Shown here: positions 46,315-53,893 of the stretch, in pieces
How the letters are laid out: the number at the start of each line of letters is the position of its first letter
Position numbering within the stretch: position 1 is the first letter of the stretch
From: Gemmatimonadota bacterium
GTDB taxonomy: Bacteria > Gemmatimonadota > Gemmatimonadetes > Gemmatimonadales > GWC2-71-9
Assembly: GCA_003220795.1 (NCBI GenBank)
Contig: QHTK01000047.1
Span: forward strand, 222-64,221
DNA length: 64,000 nucleotides
Direction: 5' to 3'
Program-made: the position numbers and the translations under genes
Notes under the pieces: generated by a model
Databases searched by the model: none
What the model was told of the DNA's origin: nothing
What the model saw: the letters and a program-made list of their open reading frames with translations, nothing else

Positions 46315-46387
46315 GGCTGCCCGGTATCGGGGTTCCACGGAGCGACTGTGTGCTTGTCGCGTAGTGGAACCCCGATACCGGGCAGCC
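46315..46387. terminator. perfect 24-bp inverted repeat with 25-nt loop between convergent operons (bidirectional terminator candidate)
   Basis: GGCTGCCCGGTATCGGGGTTCCAC (46315-46338) pairs with GTGGAACCCCGATACCGGGCAGCC (46364-46387). There is no U-tract on either side. The right arm abuts the stop at 46388. Confidence 0.65.
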
Positions 46388-46990
46388 TCAACGACTGACG
46401 CTCGCGGCTCGCGAAGCGACCGTGTCGAGGTCTCCCCCGAGGGCGTCCATGCGGCGTTGGAACTGGAGATCGATCAGCAGCAACCCGACGACGTACGCCG
46501 CCAGATTCACCACAAACACGATCGTGAAGATCCGCGGGTACGGCAGCCAGATTCCGAAATAGAGCGCGAACCGCTTGACCCCCGGGTCGAGCCCCGAGCG
46601 ATCCGTGATACTCGTCATGAGCAGAATCGCGACCAGCGCGAGCAGAACGAGCTTGACCGGAACGATCCCGGCCGCGGCGAACCCCGCGAAGATGACCGCT
46701 TCGGACGCCCGGTCGAGGCGTGTGTCGAGCCGCCGCCCCGCGTCGGAGGCGAGCCCGAACTCACGGGCGATCCCGCCGTCGATCCCGTCCAAAACCTGCC
46801 CCAACGCCATCAGGCCGAGGCCCCAACCCAGGCGACCGGCGGCGACGCTCGCGCCCGCGACGACGCTCACCCCGAAGGCCGCCCAGGTCACCTGCGCGGG
46901 CGACAGACCGAGTCTCAGGTGCGCGAACCGCAGCAGCGGGCGGATCGCCCGGTCTAATGCCTTGCCCAGTACAGGAGCAAATTCGTACAT
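46388..46990 (-). CDS. CDP-alcohol phosphatidyltransferase-family protein (minimal, ~200 aa)
   Basis: The signature [26 protein letters not shown] fits DGxxARx8Gx3Dx3D. The ATG at 46990 (MYEFAPVL) overlaps the upstream gene by 37 nt. Confidence 0.8.
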   Translation of the reverse strand: MYEFAPVLGKALDRAIRPLLRFAHLRLGLSPAQVTWAAFGVSVVAGASVAAGRLGWGLGLMALGQVLDGIDGGIAREFGLASDAGRRLDTRLDRASEAVIFAGFAAAGIVPVKLVLLALVAILLMTSITDRSGLDPGVKRFALYFGIWLPYPRIFTIVFVVNLAAYVVGLLLIDLQFQRRMDALGGDLDTVASRAASVSR

Positions 46991-47391
46991 AGCAGGACGG
47001 CGAAGAGGACCCCTTCCTTCACCTTGTCGGGAATCCCCGTGAGCCACCCGCGGGTCACCCAGGGGGAGTAGGGGTACAGCGGCATCTTCTCGAAGCGGAC
47101 ACTGTAGTCCATGGCCACGTGGATCGCGAAGAACACCAGCGGGATGACGGTTCCGAGTAACCAGCACAGCGGCGTGATCCAGAGCAGCGCCACCGGCTCC
47201 TGCAACGACGAGCGCCAGTAGTAGCCGCGCTTGTCCACGAGCCCCACCGCCCGCAGGTAGAAAGGCGCCTTCACCGCATGGTCGACATCCACCCCGATCC
47301 CGAAGGCGTACGCGAGGGCGGCGTCGCGTCCGTGTAACTCCATCGCCTGCACGCCGAGCGTGGTGGCGAGGATGTGCGTGAAGACGGTCAC
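46954..47391 (-). CDS. small membrane protein, DUF457/YdjM-like metal-dependent hydrolase fold (tentative)
   Basis: A GTG at 47391 overlaps the upstream stop (GTGA). It has [13 protein letters not shown]...GVDVDHAV...HVAMD, a His/Asp pattern like the YdjM family. Confidence 0.5.
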   Translation of the reverse strand: MTVFTHILATTLGVQAMELHGRDAALAYAFGIGVDVDHAVKAPFYLRAVGLVDKRGYYWRSSLQEPVALLWITPLCWLLGTVIPLVFFAIHVAMDYSVRFEKMPLYPYSPWVTRGWLTGIPDKVKEGVLFAVLLCTNLLLYWARH

Positions 47392-48389
47392 GGCGCGGTG
47401 GCGCCCTCCCCGGCCGGCTGCCGTCCCGCCAGCCAGACGAGCGCGAGCCCGACGCCGATCCACGCCATGTCGCGCAGCCGGCTCACGATGGCGGTATAGA
47501 CGCCCAGCGCGGGATCGAGGCCCAGGAGCTGAAAGAAGAGGTACAGCGAGCCCTCCTTCGTGCCGACTTCGAAGGGCACGAAGAAGATCGTGTTCTGAAT
47601 CAGCGAGGTGAGCCCGCCGATGGCATACGCCTGAAAGTAGGTCATGTGCAGGCCCACGCCGAGACCGATCAGTACATACTCGAGCATGAAGATCGAGCGA
47701 CTGAGATACTCGAGGAGGAGCGCCTGAAAAAATCGCCCCGGTCGCCTGTGATAGAACTCCGTGATCTGCACGTCCATCTGGGCTAGCGTGGCCCGCAGAG
47801 ACTCGAGGCGCCGCGCCAGGCGGTGGAGCAAGGGGAGGCGGTGGATCAGGTCGAGCGCGCGCTCCAGCACGCCACGGCGGTGTCCCGTTAGCAGCAGCCA
47901 GCACAGAAGCGCCAGCACCACGAAGGCGACGGCCAACCCGGCGAGCAGCGCCGCGTGAGGGGGCAGGAGGAGAGCCCCGAGCACGATCGCCGTCAGGAAG
48001 CTCAGCAGCATGCCGAGCGTGTGCAGCATCTGATAGATCACGACCGAACCGGCCGCGCGCCGCACCCCGAGCCAGCGCGCCGCCGCCGCGATCTTGAACG
48101 GCTCACCCCCCACGTTGACCATCGGCGTGACGAAGTTGAGCGAGAATCCGGCGACGGTGATCGCGTACGCGCGCCAGAACGGCGGGCGAATCGGCTCGTC
48201 GGCCATGATCAGCCACCACGCCGACGTGTTGCAGGCGTAGACCACGCCGTACAGGATGAGGATCGGAACGAAGATCCATCCCGTGTGCTCCGCGTCGGCG
48301 AGCAGCCGCGCCACACCGATACGCGCCACCAGGTAGGCGAAGATCGCCGAGCCACAGACGAACAGCAGCGCTTGCAGCTTGCGGCTCAC
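47388..48389 (-). CDS. UPF0104 / lysyl-PG-synthase-TM (MprF flippase-like) domain membrane protein
   Basis: It has about eight TMs and [19 protein letters not shown], the conserved TPxxxGGEPxK motif. The GTG at 48389 overlaps the upstream stop (GTGA). Confidence 0.75.
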   Translation of the reverse strand: MSRKLQALLFVCGSAIFAYLVARIGVARLLADAEHTGWIFVPILILYGVVYACNTSAWWLIMADEPIRPPFWRAYAITVAGFSLNFVTPMVNVGGEPFKIAAAARWLGVRRAAGSVVIYQMLHTLGMLLSFLTAIVLGALLLPPHAALLAGLAVAFVVLALLCWLLLTGHRRGVLERALDLIHRLPLLHRLARRLESLRATLAQMDVQITEFYHRRPGRFFQALLLEYLSRSIFMLEYVLIGLGVGLHMTYFQAYAIGGLTSLIQNTIFFVPFEVGTKEGSLYLFFQLLGLDPALGVYTAIVSRLRDMAWIGVGLALVWLAGRQPAGEGATAP

Positions 48390-49411
48390 GCGTTTTCCGG
48401 GATGGCGACCCTGCAGCCGGTGTTGGCGGCCTGGTAAGCATGCTCGACCACGACCGCGACGCGGCGGATGTCCTCGAGGTAAGGGGCGGCGGCGTGGACC
48501 GGATCGCCCCGGTCGAGGGAGGCGATGAACGACGCGAAGAGGCCGGCGAACCAGCGGTGGTACGCCGCCTTGTCGAGCTCGGCCGAGAAATCGTGTCGCT
48601 CGAGCCTGCCCCCGCGCTCGAGCCGCAGCTCGCCGCCGACCCACTCGATGGCGCCGTGCTCGCCCGCGAAGCGGATGCGATTCTCGCGCTGGCGCGCAGC
48701 CCAGGTGAAGAACATCGTGACCAGCCGCTCGGGGTACTCGAAGTGCACCGACGCGGTGTCCTCGACCTCGTAGGCGCGGTGGCGCAGGCGGCCGGTCCAG
48801 GCGCTCACCGCGGCGGGCAGCCCCGCGACGTCGAGCATCTGGTAAATGAGATGGGTGCCGTGGTCGAGCAGCACGCCGCCCCGCCCCGCCGCGCTCGTCC
48901 CGCGCCACGGCGTCCCGCCGGCTTCACGGCCGGGGTCAGCGGTAAGCCGATAGACCGCGAGCTCGGCGAGGTGCCAGCGCCCGATCGCACCCTCGCGCAA
49001 CCATTCCTTCACTTTGACCCACACGGGGTTGAACCGGTACTGGTGACACGGCATCACGATCCGGCCGTGCGCGCGCGCCGCGGCGGCGATACGGTCCGCT
49101 TCGACCCGCGTGAGCGCGACCGGCTTCTCACAGACGACGTGGTAGCCTCGCTCGAGGCCCCAGAGGGTGAGGTCGAGATGCGAGGCCGTCGGCGTACAGA
49201 TGTCGATGAAGTCGAGTGGCCCTACCCGGGCGAGCTGCTCGGGGTGCGAGAGCAGCGGGATGCCGTCGACCGGCGGCACGTCGACGGCGCTGTCCACGAC
49301 GGCGACGATGTCGATGCGCGCACGCACGCCGGCCCCCGTCCGCAGGGCGGGGAGATGCGACTGCCGCGCCGTGCCGCCCGCCCCGATGACGGCACCCCGG
49401 TACCGCTGCAC
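48386..49411 (-). CDS. Gfo/Idh/MocA-family NAD(P)-dependent oxidoreductase
   Basis: It has the N-terminal Rossmann GAVIGAGGTARQSHLPAL, CEKPVALT and a C-terminal alpha/beta domain. The GTG at 49411 lies 1 nt after the upstream stop. Confidence 0.85.
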   Translation of the reverse strand: MQRYRGAVIGAGGTARQSHLPALRTGAGVRARIDIVAVVDSAVDVPPVDGIPLLSHPEQLARVGPLDFIDICTPTASHLDLTLWGLERGYHVVCEKPVALTRVEADRIAAAARAHGRIVMPCHQYRFNPVWVKVKEWLREGAIGRWHLAELAVYRLTADPGREAGGTPWRGTSAAGRGGVLLDHGTHLIYQMLDVAGLPAAVSAWTGRLRHRAYEVEDTASVHFEYPERLVTMFFTWAARQRENRIRFAGEHGAIEWVGGELRLERGGRLERHDFSAELDKAAYHRWFAGLFASFIASLDRGDPVHAAAPYLEDIRRVAVVVEHAYQAANTGCRVAIPENA

Positions 49412-49412
49412 G

Positions 49413-50327
49413 TCAGGTGAAGCGGGCGTAGGCATTGCGCTCGTGCTCGAGCGCGTCGCTGAGCGCCGTGGCGTTCCATTCATGCATCAGCAGCAGTACC
49501 ACGAGGAGCAGACTCATCGGCACCGCCTCGGCCCACAGGAACGCCGAGATGTGGCCCGCCACCGCCGCCGCGCCGAGCAGCAGGAAACGGATGTTCTGGC
49601 CCAGCCAGCTGCACAGCGGCAGCAGCACCTCCTGACGCTCGCGGTACTCCTCCCGGAAGGCCGGGGGCACGCTGCGCCCTCCGGCTCCGCCGGCCCGCAG
49701 CAGCCGCAGCAGCTTGACCGAGCGGGGGAACAGCTGCGACTGCCGCACGACGTAGTCCCGGTACACGCGCGCGCCGAAGCGCTCCAGCACCGTGCCTGCG
49801 GATCCGGCCTCCAGATCTTCGGGGAGATCGAGCTCTCCTGCCTTGCCCGTGCCCAAATCGAGGAAGGCATTGCGGATGAAATCCACCGCGGCGCTCTGGT
49901 AGGTGTGGGCGAGACCGGCGAGCGCGACCAGCAATACGCCCGCCCACCACACACCGCCGTGCATCAGCCGGTACATCAGGTGGAAGTACAGATTGACGAA
50001 TCGCAGGTTGTCGTTGATGCCGTCGAGCGCCCGGCCGAACCGAGTCGAGGTGCCGCGCAGCCGGGCGAGCTGGCCGTCCGCCGAATCGAACACGTCCGAC
50101 ACGATGAAGAGCACGAACCCGATGACGTCGATCCAGCGGTCCTGGTACACGAACAGATGGCCCGCCACCAGGCCCACCAGCAGCGACCACAGCGTGACCT
50201 GGTCGGGCGAGATGCCAGTCGAGTAGAGCGCCCGCGCGATCCGGATCCCGATGGGCCGGAAGAAGCGCAGGTCGAGCCATTCCTCGACCGCGCGACCCTT
50301 ATCCGACAAATCGTTCCGCGGCTTCAC
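49413..50327 (-). CDS. CDP-alcohol phosphatidyltransferase-family protein (304 aa)
   Basis: The signature DSADGQLARLRGTSTRFGRALDGINDN matches the family motif, and it has multiple TMs. Confidence 0.85.
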   Translation of the reverse strand: MKPRNDLSDKGRAVEEWLDLRFFRPIGIRIARALYSTGISPDQVTLWSLLVGLVAGHLFVYQDRWIDVIGFVLFIVSDVFDSADGQLARLRGTSTRFGRALDGINDNLRFVNLYFHLMYRLMHGGVWWAGVLLVALAGLAHTYQSAAVDFIRNAFLDLGTGKAGELDLPEDLEAGSAGTVLERFGARVYRDYVVRQSQLFPRSVKLLRLLRAGGAGGRSVPPAFREEYRERQEVLLPLCSWLGQNIRFLLLGAAAVAGHISAFLWAEAVPMSLLLVVLLLMHEWNATALSDALEHERNAYARFT

Positions 50328-51633
50328 CGAGTACGTCCTTCATGGTGGCGAGGGCGCCCATCGCCTGGTCCTCCTCGATGACCAGGGGCGGGTTGATTCG
50401 CACCTCGGGATTGTAGATCATCGCGAGCACGCCGCGCGACAGCAGGGTGTCGAAGATCCATCGCGTCGCTTTCTTGTCGAGCAGTTTGCGGGTCCCCGGC
50501 ACCACGAGGTCCAGGCCGATCAGCAAGCCGCGGCCGCGCACGTCCGACACGATCGGCAGCTCCGATTCCCAGCGCCGCAGCTCGGCCAGCATCTTGGCGC
50601 CGAGGCGCCGGGAGTGCTCGACCAGCCCATCCTCGATGATCGTCTCGACGGTGATGCGGGCGGCCGCCGCCGCGAGCGGATTCCCGCCATAGCTCGACGA
50701 GCTGCCGCTTGGATTGGCGAACGGCTTGGCGAACGCAAGCTCTTCGCGCGCGATGATGCCGCTCATGGGGAAGCCGCCCCCGAACCCCTTGCCGATCGTG
50801 ATCACGTCGGGAATCACGTCCTCGTGCTCGATGGCGAACATCTTCCCGGTGCGCCCGAACCCGGTGATCATCTCGTCGCAGATCAGGAGCGCGCCGAGCT
50901 CATCCGCGAGGAGACGCAATGCCCGGAGGTAGCCGGGCGGCGGCACGACATTGCCCGCCGTGCCCTGGATCGGCTCGACGATGATCGCCGCCACGTCCTT
51001 GGTGGTCTCGAGCTCCACCTTCTGCCTGAGGAACTCCACGCAGTGCCATTCGCACGACGGAAAGGTCTTGTCGAAGGCGCAGCGCGCGCACGCCGCGTAG
51101 GGTGAGAGATAGGCGCCCGGCATGAGCGGCCCGAGCGCGTGCTTGAAGCTCGCGCCGAGCACGGGGAGCACGCCGCCGGTCTTGCCGTGGAAGCCGCCCC
51201 AGAATCCCAGGACCTCGGTATGCCCGGTGCGCGACTTCGCCAGGCGGAGCGCTGCCTCCACCGCCTCCGCACCGCTCGAATAGAATTGCGTCCGGTTCAA
51301 GTCGCCGGGCGCGAGCTCCGCCAGCAGCTGGACCAGCGCCGCGCGGTGCTCGGTCGTGAAGCTGCCGACGTGAATTCGGGCGATCTGGCGCTGCAGCGCC
51401 GCCACGTAGCGGGGATGGGCGTACCCGAGGCTCGCGACGCCGACCCCCGCGAGCAGGTCGATGTAGCTGTTGCCGTCCACATCGTACAACACGGCGCCTT
51501 CGCCGCGATCGATCGAGAGCTGGCTGAATAGCGCTACGCTCTGGGTCCCGGGAGCGAGATACAGCGCCTCGCGGTCGAACAGGGCCTTCGACTTGGGGCC
51601 GGGAACCTGAATCCTGCGGATTGTATGGGTCAC
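50299..51633 (-). CDS. class-III (ornithine/GABA-type) PLP aminotransferase
   Basis: It has SGAEAVEAALRLA, EPIQGTAGNV, LICDEMITGFGRTGKMFA and TIGKGFGGGFP (PLP lysine). The GTG overlaps the upstream stop (GTGA). Confidence 0.9.
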   Translation of the reverse strand: MTHTIRRIQVPGPKSKALFDREALYLAPGTQSVALFSQLSIDRGEGAVLYDVDGNSYIDLLAGVGVASLGYAHPRYVAALQRQIARIHVGSFTTEHRAALVQLLAELAPGDLNRTQFYSSGAEAVEAALRLAKSRTGHTEVLGFWGGFHGKTGGVLPVLGASFKHALGPLMPGAYLSPYAACARCAFDKTFPSCEWHCVEFLRQKVELETTKDVAAIIVEPIQGTAGNVVPPPGYLRALRLLADELGALLICDEMITGFGRTGKMFAIEHEDVIPDVITIGKGFGGGFPMSGIIAREELAFAKPFANPSGSSSSYGGNPLAAAAARITVETIIEDGLVEHSRRLGAKMLAELRRWESELPIVSDVRGRGLLIGLDLVVPGTRKLLDKKATRWIFDTLLSRGVLAMIYNPEVRINPPLVIEEDQAMGALATMKDVLGEAAERFVG

Positions 51634-52472
51634 GCGTGTTTCCGGTGTGCGAACCGATGAGTGACATAGTCGGCAATGGCTCGCGCCGCTTCGTCACGGA
51701 ACGGCGCGAAGCTCGGCCAGTCGTTGATGTCGATGAGCACGGGGCGATCGGGCTCGGGGAACGCGACGTCGCCCCCGAACACCTCGAGCCCCAGGATCGC
51801 CGCCGCTTCGAACGCCAGCGCCTTCAGCCGATTCTCGTCGATCTTGGGCCGCTCGCCCGCCAACCCCGCGTCCGAGCCGTACCAACGGAAGAAGCGCCCG
51901 TCGGTCACCCCGTAGAACTTCACGATCGGGCCGGGCACGTGCTCCTGCAACGCGACCCAGGGGATGCCGCGCGCCGTGAACGCGTGCAGCTCGTCCGCGA
52001 TGCGCTCGCGCGAGGTCGCCACGACGTCTTCGGGACGCTCGGCGTGCACGTCGCCCCGCTTGATCCACACCTTGCGATCGTCCGGGTAAAAGGCGTCGAC
52101 TTGCTCCGGCGACAGCGGCGCCGAGCTGGCGAGGATGAGCGTGCGAGGGAACGACAGGGTGCTGTCCCCGAGCCGCTTCACCAACCGGTAGCGGTGACAG
52201 TTGAGCGCGCTCGACGGGCGGTTGACGACCACCGCTCCATCGCTCTCCAGCGGCATCAGCTGCTCCGCGGCGAGCGACCCCTGACACATGTTCAGGTACA
52301 ACGCCGCGACCGGCAGGCGTCCCTGCTCGACCTCGCGCTCGCTGGTCTTGACGGCGTTCCACCCGCTCCTGGCGAGCTCCGAGACGGTGGCGTCCAGGAT
52401 CGCGGTGTCGTTCACCCGATGTTGCATCGGCGAATACGACGGGCTGCGATAAATCGCGACCAGTTGCGTCAA
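51630..52472 (-). CDS. ATP-grasp-fold protein, inositol-phosphate-kinase (ITPK1)-like or RimK-like
   Basis: The C-terminal GLEVFGGDVAFPEPDRPVLIDINDWPSF resembles the FGxDxx...VIDINxFPG strand-loop of ITPK1-type ATP-grasp enzymes. The assignment is tentative. Confidence 0.6.
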   Translation of the reverse strand: MTQLVAIYRSPSYSPMQHRVNDTAILDATVSELARSGWNAVKTSEREVEQGRLPVAALYLNMCQGSLAAEQLMPLESDGAVVVNRPSSALNCHRYRLVKRLGDSTLSFPRTLILASSAPLSPEQVDAFYPDDRKVWIKRGDVHAERPEDVVATSRERIADELHAFTARGIPWVALQEHVPGPIVKFYGVTDGRFFRWYGSDAGLAGERPKIDENRLKALAFEAAAILGLEVFGGDVAFPEPDRPVLIDINDWPSFAPFRDEAARAIADYVTHRFAHRKHA

Positions 52473-52499
52473 GGCGGTCTCGCTCCCCGGGGTCCGGAC

Positions 52500-53213
52500 T
52501 CAGGCCTCGCGCGCGGCCAGCCACGCGTTGGCAGTTTGCAGATCTGATGGACGATCGATATCGATGATGCGCGGCACCTCGACCACTCCCACCCGCCCAC
52601 CGTCGGCGACCACGCCGGCCAGGTACCGTCGCATCTTGTGCAAGCCGCGGTCGACGGCGTCGGCCGCAGCGTCGCGGGCCCCGGCGCTCAGGCCGTAGAC
52701 GCCGCCCGTGACGCAGCGCGGGTGGAGCGGCTTGTCGCTGACGGAGCGGACGAAACCGTCTTCCCCTGTGCTCACGTACACTGGAGACTCGTCATCCACG
52801 TACGGCGTCACAGCGAGCACCATGTCGGCGCCCTCGGCCAGCTGGCGCTCCGCCCCGCTGTAGACCGCTTGCCAGTCGTGCGGTCGCATCACCGTGTCCA
52901 CCATACTGCAGAACACCGGGCCCGGCGCCACCGCGTGGAGCCCCTCGACCAGCGTGTGGAGCGACGAGGGGGTGCGGCACTCGATCACCTTAAGGGGGCG
53001 CCCAAACCGGGTTCCGTCAAGCACGCGCCGCACCATCGGGAAGTCCGCACGAACTGCACACGTGAGACTGGTGCACCCGAGGGCCTCGAACGTCTCGAGC
53101 AAGCGCACAATCTGCGGCCTCCCGGCCACCTGCACGAGGGGCTTGGGAGGCGATCCCTCTCCTGCGGTTGCGAGCCGCGAGCCTTCCCCGCCCGCGAGGA
53201 TCAAACCGTGCAC
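52500..53213 (-). CDS. nucleotidyltransferase (sugar/alcohol-phosphate NTP transferase, GlmU/LicC/IPCT-like)
   Basis: It has the N-terminal (GTG)HGLILAGGEGSRL signature and a Rossmann-like 237-aa body. Confidence 0.85.
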   Translation of the reverse strand: MHGLILAGGEGSRLATAGEGSPPKPLVQVAGRPQIVRLLETFEALGCTSLTCAVRADFPMVRRVLDGTRFGRPLKVIECRTPSSLHTLVEGLHAVAPGPVFCSMVDTVMRPHDWQAVYSGAERQLAEGADMVLAVTPYVDDESPVYVSTGEDGFVRSVSDKPLHPRCVTGGVYGLSAGARDAAADAVDRGLHKMRRYLAGVVADGGRVGVVEVPRIIDIDRPSDLQTANAWLAAREA

Positions 53214-53214
53214 G

Positions 53215-53841
53215 CTAGTCGAGGATCCTTTCGATCTCGGGGAGCCGCGCGATGCGCGCCGTGGGGTCGGGCCCCGGCGGCTGCTCCCGGTCCGGCGGCG
53301 CCAGCCAGCACGTCCGTAGCCCGAGCCCGGCGGCCCCCCCGATGTCCGCCTCGAAGTTGTCGCCCACCATCCAGGCGCGGTCCGCGGGCGCCCCGCCCAG
53401 CGCGCCCAGCGTCTCGCGGAAGATCCGGGGATCGGGTTTGGCCGCGCCTACCACGGCCGAGTCGCTGACTGCCGTGAACAGCCGGGCCAGGCCGAGCTCG
53501 TCCAGACAGGGCGCCAGGTTCCCCGTGAAATTCGAAACGATGCCAAGACGGTAGCGACGCGCGAGGCGCTCGAGCACGGGCTGGTTGCGCGTCGCGATCG
53601 CACGTGCCTGGGCATGAAACTGCTCCGCCATCCGCCCCGCATCGACCGCCGCGCGGTCGGGCACGAGCTCGAGCAACAGGCTGGTCTGCTTCTCGATCAT
53701 CTGCCGGAAGCCGAAGCGGCGGATGTCGGCCGTCCGGGCCAGTGTCTCGTCCGCCCGTTGGTAGAGCGGCTCGAACGCCGCATAGCCGAGCGCGCCGCCG
53801 GCCGCCCGGTACGCCGCGTGGAAGCGCGGGCTCCAATGCAC
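53215..53841 (-). CDS. HAD-superfamily hydrolase/phosphatase (subfamily IA-like)
   Basis: It has motif II (LGIVSNF), motif III (AKPD) and motif IV (VGDNFEADIGGA). Motif I (LFDFGGTLD) lies in frame upstream of the first canonical start, so the true 5' end is probably near 53886-53901 (see findings). Confidence 0.8.
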   Translation of the reverse strand: MHWSPRFHAAYRAAGGALGYAAFEPLYQRADETLARTADIRRFGFRQMIEKQTSLLLELVPDRAAVDAGRMAEQFHAQARAIATRNQPVLERLARRYRLGIVSNFTGNLAPCLDELGLARLFTAVSDSAVVGAAKPDPRIFRETLGALGGAPADRAWMVGDNFEADIGGAAGLGLRTCWLAPPDREQPPGPDPTARIARLPEIERILD

Positions 53842-53893
53842 GCCATCGGCATCGAGGGTCCCGCCGAAGTCGAAGAGGACGACCTCAGTGGTC

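Noticed and set aside
46388-53841. Reading the nucleotidyltransferase, CDP-alcohol transferase and phosphatase genes as a di-myo-inositol-phosphate compatible-solute pathway
   Set aside because: No inositol-1-phosphate synthase is in the window. The transferase and cytidylyltransferase are not fused as in typical IPCT/DIPPS. The flippase-like, DedA and Spt-operon context points to a membrane lipid. I keep it only as an analogy.
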